The position numbers and the translations under genes are program-made. DNA of 64,000 nucleotides from Candidatus Cloacimonadota bacterium (GTDB lineage Bacteria; Muiribacteriota; UBA6191). Shown here one piece after another: positions 29,987-40,169 of this stretch (within the stretch, counting starts at the first letter, position 1; each line of letters begins with the position of its first letter). Under the pieces are notes generated by a model. It was given only the letters and a program-made list of their open reading frames with translations, was not told where the DNA came from and searched no databases. The stretch spans positions 300,468 to 364,467 of the forward strand of contig JAGSHD010000001.1 in NCBI GenBank assembly GCA_023954715.1, given 5' to 3'.

Positions 29987-31564
29987 CTACATCTTATCCA
30001 GCATTTTAATAGAGTAGTTTTCAGCAAACACTTTTGCTTCTTTTGAAAAGCCGTTCACATTAAAGGCCACACACTTTGCTAAATCTTTTATCTTTGCTCC
30101 AGAAAGTAAGTTTTGAAGTTCAAGCTCGCCAATGGGTTTATTACTCTGATAAGCACTACAATAATATTTCTTTTTCTTTTTATCCTCTAAGACATAATTA
30201 AAAGTTTTTTCTACTTCAGTGCTAATGGACTCTACTACCGTAAATCCTTCTGACTTAAGTAGCTTTGACAATTTAATTTCAAATTGTTGAGCACTCATAT
30301 TTAAAAGTTTATCTAATTTAGACTCTTTTGCTTTTGGTGCCTTAACTCCACCTTGACCTAACTTGACTCTTGCATTGTTTTCACAATTATCAATATCGAT
30401 AGGAAATATCGTATAAAACTCTTTTGCTTGAAGTGTAGACTCAGGAGGAAAAACATCTAAAGGGGCAACTCGATTGTTTTTGTAAGCTATAGTAAACTCT
30501 TTGTATTTATGAGGTTTGTAACTCTTAACAAAACCATGCCAATAAGATACTTTTCTATAATCTGGGTCGATTTCAAGACAAAGCTGCCAATAGTTTAAAG
30601 TCTGTGTAAATTTTTCTGCTTTTACATCAGCAAAGAAATGTAAAAAACCAAGCTGTAATAAAATCTCTAAGTTTTGTTTTTTAGATAAAGTAACTTTTTT
30701 ATGTACATTTTCAAAGGTTTCAATCCAATACTCTATTTGTTCTGGCTCAAGTAATACTTGCTCGCTATAATAAATTTTACAAATATTTAGCAAGGCATCC
30801 ATAATCATAATACCCTGATCTTTATTAGCTTTTTGTAAAAAATAATAAAAAGCTTTTAACCTTTCGTCTATTTCTTCTAGTCCCGTACAAACTTTACCTA
30901 AAATATACCAATGTATTGCTTCTTCATGACGATCAGTAACTAACTCACGAATCATTTTTTTGGTCATATTAGGCTTATCTTGTCCTAGATAACACAACAC
31001 CAATCCATGTTTAGCATCCATGTATGTCATTTCTTTTTCAAGAATCTTTTTATACAAGTTTTCAGCAAACTCAAAACGCCCCTGTGAAGCATAAATAAAG
31101 GCGCATCGATTAACTACATCTGAGTCAAACTTAGATCCATGCATTAAAAGCAGAAAATTATCAAAAGCCTCCAGATACATCTTATTATCAAAACAAACTG
31201 ATGCAAGTTCAAAACGTACAGCGTGTTCTGTAATACCTTTTTCATTTTCCAAATCAAGCTCTAACAAAGAGTTATATACTTCTATCTCTTCTTCGATCAT
31301 ACGTTGAGCTTTATAGCACTGAGCTAAGTATTGGTGACTCGGAATGTGGTCATGGTGCTTTTTTAGGTGCTCTTCGAAGTTTCTTTGTGCTTTATCAAAT
31401 GTAGATCTACGAAATTCTTCTAAACCCAACTGAAAGTAATCTGTTTTAACTTTGGGGGCAACTACTACTAAATCTTTAGGACTTTGAGATTTTTCTCCAC
31501 CTAATAAAGTAGATACAAAAACTCCTAGTATGATAAGTAATATAACTACTAGAAAAATTAGCAT
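29987..31564 (-). CDS. Membrane-anchored TPR-repeat protein with a C-terminal Mrr-like (restriction endonuclease fold) domain.
   Basis: An N-terminal TM helix is followed by TPR-like helical repeats over about 350 aa. The C-terminal ~110 aa (QQFEIKLSKLLKSEGFTVVE...YYCSAYQSNKPIGELELQNLL...NVNGFSKEAKVFAENYSIKMLD) resembles the Mrr_cat consensus (FE..va.ll...Gy.v...vQcK...v....vre..g....gilvTt.FskeA..fa...i.lid). Confidence 0.65.
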   Translation of the reverse strand: MLIFLVVILLIILGVFVSTLLGGEKSQSPKDLVVVAPKVKTDYFQLGLEEFRRSTFDKAQRNFEEHLKKHHDHIPSHQYLAQCYKAQRMIEEEIEVYNSLLELDLENEKGITEHAVRFELASVCFDNKMYLEAFDNFLLLMHGSKFDSDVVNRCAFIYASQGRFEFAENLYKKILEKEMTYMDAKHGLVLCYLGQDKPNMTKKMIRELVTDRHEEAIHWYILGKVCTGLEEIDERLKAFYYFLQKANKDQGIMIMDALLNICKIYYSEQVLLEPEQIEYWIETFENVHKKVTLSKKQNLEILLQLGFLHFFADVKAEKFTQTLNYWQLCLEIDPDYRKVSYWHGFVKSYKPHKYKEFTIAYKNNRVAPLDVFPPESTLQAKEFYTIFPIDIDNCENNARVKLGQGGVKAPKAKESKLDKLLNMSAQQFEIKLSKLLKSEGFTVVESISTEVEKTFNYVLEDKKKKKYYCSAYQSNKPIGELELQNLLSGAKIKDLAKCVAFNVNGFSKEAKVFAENYSIKMLDKM

Positions 31565-31865
31565 TAAAAGTTATCCTCAAGTTAGACTCTAGCCCAGTAA
31601 AAATTAGAAATATCTTAAAGAGTTGTAGATCTATTTCAAATTTCACTTTTAAGACATTCTCAACAATATACTATTAGAAAAGTTTTCTATCAATATCTTT
31701 ATCAATGTCATTTATTAGAAATCACTTTACATTTTTGTAAATTCATACTATTTTTCCACAGATTTTCTATTTGATAATCGATTTAAATCTAAAAAAATAA
31801 CAATTTCTACTTATAGAGCTTCATACAAATTTACGCTTTATACCAATGCATAATCGGAACAAAAC

Positions 31866-33683
31866 ATGACTAAAAATATTAAAAACATTGCCATTGTAGC
31901 CCACGTTGATCATGGGAAAACTACTTTGATTGATAAAATCCTTGAGTATTGTAATACACTTGGTGAACGAACAGAAGTTGAAGAAAGATTTATGGACTCT
32001 GGAGACATCGAAAAAGAACGTGGTATCACTATCACATCTAAAAATGTCTCTGTAGAACATAAAGGTGTAAAAATCAACATCGTTGATACTCCAGGTCACG
32101 CTGATTTCGCCGGAGAAGTAGAAAGAGTTCTTTGTTTAGCTGACTCTGTTTTGCTTTTAGTTGATTCTGTTGAAGGACCAATGCCACAAACCCGATTTGT
32201 TTTGAAAAAAGCAATTGAAGCTGGACTTAAACCTCTAGTTATTGTAAACAAAATCGATAGACCTCATCAAAGAGCAAACGAAGTACATGATGAAGTATTA
32301 GATTTGTTTCTTGAATTAGATACTCCTGATGAATACTTAGAGTTTCCATATTTATACGCATCTGGCCGAGATGGGTTAATTCGTACAGAGCCAGAAGGAG
32401 AAAACTTAGATTTCGAAACCTTGTTAGACTTTATTCTAGAGCACTCTCCAAGTTGTAAAGGTGATAAGGATGCTCCTGGAGCCATCAGAGTAACTTCATT
32501 AGAGTATAATGACTACTTAGGTCAGCTGGCTATTGGTCGAGTTGAACAAGGAGCTCTTAAGAAAAACGAAATCGTTAGTGTTTTATGTCAAGATAATGAC
32601 GAAGTACGAAAAGCAACGATACGTGGATTATTTGTTTTCTCTGGTATTGAAAGAGTTGAAGTAGATGAAGTTACTCATGGTGATTTAGTTGCAGTACAAG
32701 GAATTAATGATGTACAAATTGGTCAAACTTATACGTTAGCAGATCCTCCTCTCAAATTAGCTCATGTACCTGTTGATGAACCAACTCTATCTATGGAGTT
32801 TTCTGTAAACAATGGCCCATTCGTTGGTAAAGACGGTAAGTTTGTCACAAGTACAAAAATTGCGTCTAGACTTTACAAAGAATTAGAAAGAAATGTTTCT
32901 TTAAAGATTGAAGATACTGATGATACGGATACTTGGTCTGTGTCAGGTAGAGGTTTACTACATTTATCCATTTTGATAGAAAGCATGAGACGAGAAGGCT
33001 ATGAGCTATGTGTATCTAGACCAAAAGTTATATACAAAGAAATAGACGGTAAAAAACATGAGCCATATTTAACTGTTTTGATTGAGGTTCCTGAGAGCTA
33101 TAGTGGTGGAATCATCGAATTGATGTCAAAAAACTGTGGTGAAATGACCAATATGCAGGTTAAACGTGAGTTATCATCTCTTGAGTTTTCTATTCCTGCT
33201 AGAGGTATGATCGGTATGAGAGGAAAACTCTTAACTGCATCTCGTGGTGAAGCCGTTATCAATTCATTGTTTGCTGATTACAAACCAGCTACAGCTAAAG
33301 TACCTGGTAGAACTACTGGTTCATTAATTTCTAATAGCCAAGCGGATACGACTGCTTACTCCTTAGAAACAGTACAAGGTAGAGGACGACTTTTTGTCGG
33401 AACTGGATTACCTGTTTATGAAGGAATGATCATTGGTGAAAATGCTAAATATCAAGATTTAACAGTTAATGTTGTTAAAGGTAAAAAGCACTCTAATGTT
33501 AGATCTTCTGGTACTGACAAGAAGATCGGTCTTGTTCCTCCAATCTTGTTCTCTCTTGAAGAAAACTTAGAGTTTTTAGCACATGATGAAATGTTAGAAG
33601 TCACTCCAAATCATATGAGACTAAGAAAGACCATCTTAACTGAAGATGGTAGAAAACAAGCTAGTAGAAGTGCTAGAGCTTAA
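31866..33683 (+). CDS. typA: Translational GTPase TypA/BipA.
   Basis: The N-terminus is NIAIVAHVDHGKTTLID, with DTPGHADF and NKID motifs. The length is 605 aa. Confidence 0.95.
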   Translation: MTKNIKNIAIVAHVDHGKTTLIDKILEYCNTLGERTEVEERFMDSGDIEKERGITITSKNVSVEHKGVKINIVDTPGHADFAGEVERVLCLADSVLLLVDSVEGPMPQTRFVLKKAIEAGLKPLVIVNKIDRPHQRANEVHDEVLDLFLELDTPDEYLEFPYLYASGRDGLIRTEPEGENLDFETLLDFILEHSPSCKGDKDAPGAIRVTSLEYNDYLGQLAIGRVEQGALKKNEIVSVLCQDNDEVRKATIRGLFVFSGIERVEVDEVTHGDLVAVQGINDVQIGQTYTLADPPLKLAHVPVDEPTLSMEFSVNNGPFVGKDGKFVTSTKIASRLYKELERNVSLKIEDTDDTDTWSVSGRGLLHLSILIESMRREGYELCVSRPKVIYKEIDGKKHEPYLTVLIEVPESYSGGIIELMSKNCGEMTNMQVKRELSSLEFSIPARGMIGMRGKLLTASRGEAVINSLFADYKPATAKVPGRTTGSLISNSQADTTAYSLETVQGRGRLFVGTGLPVYEGMIIGENAKYQDLTVNVVKGKKHSNVRSSGTDKKIGLVPPILFSLEENLEFLAHDEMLEVTPNHMRLRKTILTEDGRKQASRSARA

Positions 33684-33708
33684 TTAAATAAATTCACTGG
33701 CCCACAGT

Positions 33709-33750
33709 CAAAAACCCTCACAAATAAGCTTTGTGAGGGTTTTTTGTTTT
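33709..33750. terminator. Bidirectional terminator with a 12-14-bp stem (AACCCTCACAAA/TTTGTGAGGGTT).
   Basis: The perfect stem at 33713-33724 / 33731-33742 with loop TAAGCT is followed by TTTTTTG. It lies between convergent typA and the response-regulator gene. Confidence 0.75.
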
Positions 33751-33768
33751 TAATGAAAAAAGATTAAT

Positions 33769-34764
33769 TTAGCTTTTAACCACAAACACCTCTAAATCAC
33801 CCATACCTTTAACTTTTTTAAATCCTAGGGATTTAAATTTAAACTTATCAGCCACTAAAAACTGAGTGAATGAAGATATTGCAATGGTATTTACAGGAGC
33901 AACAGTTTCCATCCTAGATGCTAAGTTTACGGTATTACCCCAAATATCATATGAGATGCGAGTTTTACCAATGACTCCTGCCATGACAGACCCTGTATCT
34001 ACACCAATTCGTATATCAAAGTCTCTATTATCTTGATTAATAACAAAATCTCTTATCTCTAACGCAGCCTTTATACATTTTTCTGTATGATCCAATAGTG
34101 GACTAGATACTCCACCAGCATACATGTAGCCATCACCTATAGTTTTAAGTTTTTCTAAGCCATGCTTTTTGATAATATCATCAAACTGATCAAAGTACTT
34201 TTTTAGAGTCCCTACCAACTTTTGCGCACTCCAACCATTCGAGGCTTGAGTAAAACCAGCAAAATCAGTAAAAACAACGGTGGCACTATCAACATAAATT
34301 GGATCTGAATGGCCTATTTCTAAAATTTCTTTTGCAACTTTTTCTGGTAGAATATTCATCATCAATGCATCATGAATATCTCGATTTATTTTTGCTGCTA
34401 AGACAGAGTTTAGCCTAGCTTTCAAAACAACAGTTTGAATTGGCTTTGTCAAAAAGTCATTCGCTCCACCTTCTAACGACTCCTTCAAAAATGACTCATT
34501 TTGGTTTGCTGTGAGCATAATTACAGGTATTTGCTGATAAGCTTTATCATCTTTGAGAATCTTTAAAAGCTCTAAGCCTGTCATTTCAGGCATATTTATA
34601 TCACAAACAATTAAATGGACAATATTATGATCAATATAATCTAATGCTTCTTGTCCACTTGAAACATAGTGGCTAGAGTAACCAAAATGATCAAACATCA
34701 TACTCAATACTTCACCTATATATTCTTCGTCATCTACAATAAGTATTTTAATTTCTTGAAACAT
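33769..34764 (-). CDS. Response regulator with a receiver domain and a class III adenylate/guanylate cyclase output domain.
   Basis: The REC domain has ILIVDDEE, the phospho-acceptor D in VCDINMP, and a TKP motif. The cyclase homology domain has VVFTDFAGFT and KTIGDGYMYAGG. Confidence 0.8.
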   Translation of the reverse strand: MFQEIKILIVDDEEYIGEVLSMMFDHFGYSSHYVSSGQEALDYIDHNIVHLIVCDINMPEMTGLELLKILKDDKAYQQIPVIMLTANQNESFLKESLEGGANDFLTKPIQTVVLKARLNSVLAAKINRDIHDALMMNILPEKVAKEILEIGHSDPIYVDSATVVFTDFAGFTQASNGWSAQKLVGTLKKYFDQFDDIIKKHGLEKLKTIGDGYMYAGGVSSPLLDHTEKCIKAALEIRDFVINQDNRDFDIRIGVDTGSVMAGVIGKTRISYDIWGNTVNLASRMETVAPVNTIAISSFTQFLVADKFKFKSLGFKKVKGMGDLEVFVVKS

Positions 34765-34840
34765 AAACTGACAGCTACCTTGGTTTAACTAATAATTGAT
34801 ATATTGTTGTTATCGAACTATTTAAGAATAATTCCAAGCC

Positions 34841-35158
34841 TTACTCTAGAGTCCACCTTTTTTTATCTCGTAAATTATATTTATTGACCACTTCTTGTAG
34901 GCTTTCACCTAAATCAATATCCATTTGATTGGCTAAAACAATCAAAGTAAACAAGATATCACCCATCTCATCTTTAGATTTATCTCTTTGATCTTCACTA
35001 GCCTTTTTTTTCTTGGGCCCATAAGTGTGATTCATCTCTCTTGAAAGCTCGCCAACCTCTTCCACTAGGCGCGCTAAATTGTTCATTGGAGGGAAATACC
35101 CTTCTTTAAACTGTAAAATATATTCATCAACTATACTTTGTGCTTCTTTTAAATCCAT
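34841..35158 (-). CDS. MazG-like nucleotide pyrophosphohydrolase (small single-domain type).
   Basis: The EEVGELSRE...EMGDILFTLIVLAN motif pattern of the MazG/NTP-PPase family is present. It is 105 aa. Confidence 0.7.
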   Translation of the reverse strand: MDLKEAQSIVDEYILQFKEGYFPPMNNLARLVEEVGELSREMNHTYGPKKKKASEDQRDKSKDEMGDILFTLIVLANQMDIDLGESLQEVVNKYNLRDKKRWTLE

Positions 35159-35280
35159 GTAACCCTTCTTCTATCCTCAAATGAAAATGATTTATCTGTT
35201 TTTACTAAAAAGTAAAAAACCCATTTTAACACTAACAAATTAGCTTAAAATGGGCTTTTCTTAAGTTTTAATAGATAAAC

Positions 35281-36642
35281 TTATTTTGTTCTTTTAATCA
35301 AATGATAACCAAATGGAGTTTCTACTGGTTTTGCAGTGTAATCCCCAACTTTTAATAATGATGTAGCAGTTTCAAATGCTGGAACCATCATTTTAGGACC
35401 AAATGTACCAAGATCTCCGCCCTTAGCCTTATTTGAAACATCATCCGAGTGTTTCTTTGCTAAGTCTTCAAATGCATCACCCTTTTTCAAAGAAGCCACT
35501 AGCTCATTTGCTAACTTTAAAGCATCTTCTTTTGATCTAGTTTGAGAAGATCGAGTAGCTCCTTTGTACGCTAGTAAAATATGTTTTGCTCCATATTCAA
35601 TACCACTCTCTTGAGGTTTCTCTACTACTGGTAACTCTTTCTTTTTAATCAAGTCACTTCGTTTTTTAAGTAAAGATGTAGCCGAATACGCAGGTAAAGC
35701 AAAAGCCCAATCTGCCCATTGTTTGTTAAACAAGTTTACTTTATCTTGGATCTCTTTAGATCCATTCACATGGCTTAACTTTAAAGTTGACCAATGATGT
35801 GGATCTTGTCCAATTTTTTTACCAATTGTAAAGTTATAAACTAATCCATCGAAGGTTCTTACTTCAAAATTATCTACCACAGTTTGAGACTTAGTAACTT
35901 TTTCAGAACTTAACTTAGCAACACTAGCAAAAGAAAAGTTCTCTAATACTTTGGTAAACTGTGTCAACTCTTGGGTTTTAACCTCTTCTTCTGGCTCTAC
36001 TCCCTGTATTTCTAACTGATCCGTCGTACTAAGTCTTGTTAATGATACAGATTTCATACCATCTGCTTTAACTAACATAGCTTGAATCTCAGACTCTTTT
36101 ACAGAAGGTAGTTTTTTAGAAATCCAATCCTCAGAAGAAGTTTTCAAGGATACGGCATCTTTTAACAAGTAGATTACTTCATCATTTTGCGACCTCATGT
36201 ATTGTCCATTAGGAGAGCTCCCAAACATACCTGATTTAGACATACGATTGTCACCAAATACAGCTGAACTCATCACTTTTGAATCACCAGATTTAAACTC
36301 TAGTAAAGTGCCCGTTTCTAAACCAAATTTAGCAAAATGAGATTTACCAGAGCTCACTCGAACTCCTGTTTTTAGAGCTAAGGCTTTATTCAAAAAAGCA
36401 AATAAAACCTCTTCATCAGCTTTAAAGTTATCCAAGGAGGCTACGAGCCAACCCTCAGCACTTTTGCTTAGTGTAACCGTATTATCTTTAGATTGAATAG
36501 AAAACTCTTTCAAAGCGTCTGTATCTAATGATTCAAATACATATTTGTTTATGTTATTTGTAATTTTCTTTTCTGGAGAATTCATCATTAAAATGAGTCC
36601 ACCAATAGCTATAATTCCTACTAAAGCATTTTTAAGTGACAT
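35281..36642 (-). CDS. DUF4340-like periplasmic protein fused to a C-terminal parvulin-type peptidyl-prolyl cis-trans isomerase. It is the fourth gene of the GldA/F/G-like ABC operon.
   Basis: There is an N-terminal TM anchor. The position immediately after the GldG-like gene is typical for DUF4340. The C-terminal ~100 aa (GAKHILLAY...GGDLGTFGPKMMVPAFETA...GYHLIK) is a PpiC/parvulin rotamase domain. Confidence 0.7.
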   Translation of the reverse strand: MSLKNALVGIIAIGGLILMMNSPEKKITNNINKYVFESLDTDALKEFSIQSKDNTVTLSKSAEGWLVASLDNFKADEEVLFAFLNKALALKTGVRVSSGKSHFAKFGLETGTLLEFKSGDSKVMSSAVFGDNRMSKSGMFGSSPNGQYMRSQNDEVIYLLKDAVSLKTSSEDWISKKLPSVKESEIQAMLVKADGMKSVSLTRLSTTDQLEIQGVEPEEEVKTQELTQFTKVLENFSFASVAKLSSEKVTKSQTVVDNFEVRTFDGLVYNFTIGKKIGQDPHHWSTLKLSHVNGSKEIQDKVNLFNKQWADWAFALPAYSATSLLKKRSDLIKKKELPVVEKPQESGIEYGAKHILLAYKGATRSSQTRSKEDALKLANELVASLKKGDAFEDLAKKHSDDVSNKAKGGDLGTFGPKMMVPAFETATSLLKVGDYTAKPVETPFGYHLIKRTK

Positions 36643-38478
36643 TTATCTCCTCCCTTTTGCATAGTTTAAAACCCTCATCGCACCGTAAATTCCAACCAAA
36701 AATGGAACCAAAAAGACATTAGCAAAAGTCAGCTTCTGGCCCAATTTTTCAACATCTTCTCTTAAGTTTTTACGAATTTCTCTACGCTTTTTCTTGATTT
36801 GTCTTTCTTCGTCTCGAAATCTTTCAATTTCTTCGATTGCAGATCGTGATAAAACAAGTTTGTTTCCTTCTTTTTTCACGTTTTGACGTTGATTAATCTT
36901 AGCTTGTACTTCTTGTAAACGCTTAGTTTGCTCTTCTTCTTGAGTTTTATATCTAGCTTGTGCAGCTTTTTGCATATTTACAACTCTTTCAAAAGGTCTG
37001 CTGAACTTTCCTCGTGAACGAATAGAAATTAAATCTTTATCTCCACACATGAACTCTACAGTATTTGACACTAAACTAAAGTTATCATTTAATTTTTGAA
37101 GAATTGATTGCCCTAAAAAGTTCATTACCTGGACCGCATACTGATCTGCTAAAAAGTCAGTATCAGCAATTACAAAAATTGAACCATTATCAGAACTTGC
37201 CTTATGATCTGTTGGTAACGGATGGTCTTTCGGCTTTTCTGAGTAAGCTGATTGAAACTTTCCACTAAAAATCCCTGCAACTGACAACTTTTTATTAACA
37301 GCATTTAAACCCTTGGCAATAGACATAGGGTCTTGGCGATTAATTTGTCGTGACTGGATTTGCCCAGCATTAACACTCGTATCAATTAAGGAAGTATAAG
37401 TAACGTCTTTTACCTTTTCATTTAAAGATAAACTACCAGCTTCGATCATCATTAGAGTTTCTAGGTTTGATACAGCAATGTTATCTTTATTGGTATTTGG
37501 CTCCTTAAGTGTCATCCAAATTGGAAAATCAACAACGCCTTGAGCTGATCGAATTCTTGTAGAATTATCAACATCTCCTGTTACTAAATTTACGTTGTAT
37601 TGGATTCCCCATTTAACAAATAGTTTTCTTAAATCAGAAGACTTTGGTCCCTGTGGCATCCCCATTTGCTGCGTATTTGGCTCTGACTGAGAAGAAGGAT
37701 CAACCATAACAACCATGTTTCCACCGTTCATTACATATTGATCTACAGCATAACTAGTTTCATCTGACATTTGCTTTGGATGAATCAACATCAATAAATC
37801 AACATCAGGAATCGTCTTGGAATCAGCCTTTAGCTCAGATACATCATAAAGCTTTTGAAGTTCTTTGATAATCATCCAACCTTTTTTGGGAGGTGGTTGA
37901 TTTGGCATTTGAAATTGAAACTTTGATGGAAACATATCATAACTAGACAAAACAGCAATCTTCTTACGATTAGATTTTTGTGTTTTTGAAATTGCTTCTG
38001 TAATTTCATATTCCAAAAAGGTCTCTTTTTGAGGATTGAAAAATTCGATCACTTCTTCACCACTTCCCGAAAGAAATACTGCGCCCATTCGAAATGAATC
38101 ACCATTAGGTAAAGGAAGTCCTTTAATTCCGTATTTTCCTGCCCATTCTTCGTCCTCTGTATCCGCTTTTGGATCTAAAACTTCAAGAGTAATTTTACCC
38201 TTAGAATGGTCCTTATACTCTTGAAAAAGCTCGGCTATTCGTTGCCCATAACTTTTCAAGTATAACGGAATAGATTCAGAGTCTTTATTTACATAATATT
38301 TAATATGTAATTCACTTTCTAATTTTCCTAAGATTGTTTTTGTTCCTTCAGATAAGGAATATAGTTTTTCTTCGGTGATGTCAGCTTTTTGATAAAATTG
38401 ACTAGATACCAAATTTACAACGATTAACGCTACTAACAATATTCCTAAAGAACTCATTGAGTCAAAAAATCGATTCAT
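36643..38478 (-). CDS. GldG-like auxiliary component of an ABC-type transport system.
   Basis: It has N- and C-terminal TM anchors, a large periplasmic domain and a C-terminal coiled-coil. It lies directly downstream of the ABC-2 permease and ATPase in the GldA/GldF/GldG gene order. Confidence 0.7.
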   Translation of the reverse strand: MNRFFDSMSSLGILLVALIVVNLVSSQFYQKADITEEKLYSLSEGTKTILGKLESELHIKYYVNKDSESIPLYLKSYGQRIAELFQEYKDHSKGKITLEVLDPKADTEDEEWAGKYGIKGLPLPNGDSFRMGAVFLSGSGEEVIEFFNPQKETFLEYEITEAISKTQKSNRKKIAVLSSYDMFPSKFQFQMPNQPPPKKGWMIIKELQKLYDVSELKADSKTIPDVDLLMLIHPKQMSDETSYAVDQYVMNGGNMVVMVDPSSQSEPNTQQMGMPQGPKSSDLRKLFVKWGIQYNVNLVTGDVDNSTRIRSAQGVVDFPIWMTLKEPNTNKDNIAVSNLETLMMIEAGSLSLNEKVKDVTYTSLIDTSVNAGQIQSRQINRQDPMSIAKGLNAVNKKLSVAGIFSGKFQSAYSEKPKDHPLPTDHKASSDNGSIFVIADTDFLADQYAVQVMNFLGQSILQKLNDNFSLVSNTVEFMCGDKDLISIRSRGKFSRPFERVVNMQKAAQARYKTQEEEQTKRLQEVQAKINQRQNVKKEGNKLVLSRSAIEEIERFRDEERQIKKKRREIRKNLREDVEKLGQKLTFANVFLVPFLVGIYGAMRVLNYAKGRR

Positions 38479-38490
38479 TGTAATCCCCTG

Positions 38491-39225
38491 TTATTCGTGT
38501 TTTTTATGTTCAAGAATTAATACATTTGCAACTAACAAAGATGCGATCATACTTACAAAAAAGATGATGTCTCGTGAGTCAATTACCCCTCTTTGAAGAG
38601 AGTTGAAGTGAGTAGTGAAACTAAACATACTAATAAAGTCCGCTACAGCTACTGGCATATAATTAACAAGATGTTGAGTAAATACTCCAAGACCTGTTAA
38701 AACTAAGATAAAACAAATAATTACACTCATTACAAAGCTAATCACTTGATTTTTAGTTAAGGCACTTGTAACACAAGTTATAGCCATGTATGCACCTGCC
38801 ATTAAAAATGACCCTAAATAAGATGCTAAAATAATCCCGTTGTCTGGGCTACCAAGATAATTTACTGTAAAAACGATCGGAAAGGTTAGAATTAATGCAA
38901 CCCCAACAAATGACCATGCAGCAGTAAATTTTGCTAAGACAGCTTCGGTTACTGTAATTGGTAAAGTAAATAATAACTCAATAGAGCCACTCTTTCTTTC
39001 TTCTGCCCAGATTCTCATGCCGATGGCTGGAATTAGAAACAAGTATAACCAAGGATGCCACATAAAAAATGCCGACAAATCTGCTTGCATTCTTTCATAG
39101 AATGAACCTAAATAAAATGTACATCCCGCGGTAGCGATTAAAAAAGTTATAATAAAAACGTAAGCTACCGGAGAATTAAAGTACCCCTTGAGCTCTCTTT
39201 TATATACTGATTTGAAATTTTTCAT
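38491..39225 (-). CDS. ABC-2 type transporter permease (GldF-like).
   Basis: It has six hydrophobic helices. A 4-nt ATGA overlap couples it to the upstream ATPase gene. Confidence 0.7.
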   Translation of the reverse strand: MKNFKSVYKRELKGYFNSPVAYVFIITFLIATAGCTFYLGSFYERMQADLSAFFMWHPWLYLFLIPAIGMRIWAEERKSGSIELLFTLPITVTEAVLAKFTAAWSFVGVALILTFPIVFTVNYLGSPDNGIILASYLGSFLMAGAYMAITCVTSALTKNQVISFVMSVIICFILVLTGLGVFTQHLVNYMPVAVADFISMFSFTTHFNSLQRGVIDSRDIIFFVSMIASLLVANVLILEHKKHE

Positions 39226-40169
39226 TGAATATCTCCTTTATCAGTCAATTGTCTAAACACTGTATCTAGCTTAACTGCATCTAAAGATAAAGAGTCTAAT
39301 ACCCAAGACTCTGATTGAGCTAACTTTGATACATCAGACAAAATATTTAATTTAGAGCTAGGATAAACATAAAACTCTTTTAAACCATTATCATTTGTCG
39401 AAATTAGTTCTACCTTTTCTACGTTACTTAAGGCACTCAGTTTTTCGCTAACACCGAGCTCTTGAGCTTTGTGTACACTTAAATGGATTCGGTTGTAACT
39501 TTCTGAGTTTTTACGTAAATCATCAGGACTTCCGTCTGCTACTACTTTACCTTTAGCTATGACTATTACTCTAGAGCACACTTCGTCTACTTCTTCTAGG
39601 ATATGTGTAGATAAAATGATGCACTTTGTTTTACCCATTTCTCTGATTAATGTCCGCATTTCATGCTTTTGATTAGGATCTAAACCATCGGTAGGCTCAT
39701 CCAAAATTAAAATGGGAGGATCATGTAATATAGCCTGAGCAAATCCTACTCTTTGGCGATATCCTTTAGATAAAGTATCAATAGTTTGATGCTCTACTTC
39801 TACTAAATAACACTTTTTTACAGTATCACTTACAATATTGATTAGATTTGATCCCTCATAACCTCTTACTTCTGCAATAAATTCCAGAAAGTCACGTACT
39901 GTCATATCATGATAAGATGCTGATGTTTCTGGTAAATAGCCTATTAAAGATTTTGTATCTAGTGGGTGCTCTTTAACTGATTTTCCATCGATTAAAACAT
40001 CTCCCTCACTGGATGCTAAAAAACCTGTAATCATCTTCATGGTAGTCGATTTTCCGGCCCCGTTTGGTCCTAGAAATCCTAAAACCTCACCTTTTGACAC
40101 GTGAAAAGAAACATGATCAACTGCCCGATTTTCCCCAAAATCCTTTACTAGATTCTGTACTTCAATCAT
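39222..40169 (-). CDS. ABC transporter ATP-binding protein (GldA-like).
   Basis: It has the Walker A motif GPNGAGKST, the signature LSKGYRQR, the Walker B motif ILILDEPT and an H-loop. Confidence 0.85.
   Translation of the reverse strand: MIEVQNLVKDFGENRAVDHVSFHVSKGEVLGFLGPNGAGKSTTMKMITGFLASSEGDVLIDGKSVKEHPLDTKSLIGYLPETSASYHDMTVRDFLEFIAEVRGYEGSNLINIVSDTVKKCYLVEVEHQTIDTLSKGYRQRVGFAQAILHDPPILILDEPTDGLDPNQKHEMRTLIREMGKTKCIILSTHILEEVDEVCSRVIVIAKGKVVADGSPDDLRKNSESYNRIHLSVHKAQELGVSEKLSALSNVEKVELISTNDNGLKEFYVYPSSKLNILSDVSKLAQSESWVLDSLSLDAVKLDTVFRQLTDKGDIQ

Noticed and set aside
31821-32099. 92-aa minus-strand ORF overlapping the typA start
   Set aside because: It overlaps the highly conserved typA N-terminal coding region and shows no coding signal of its own.
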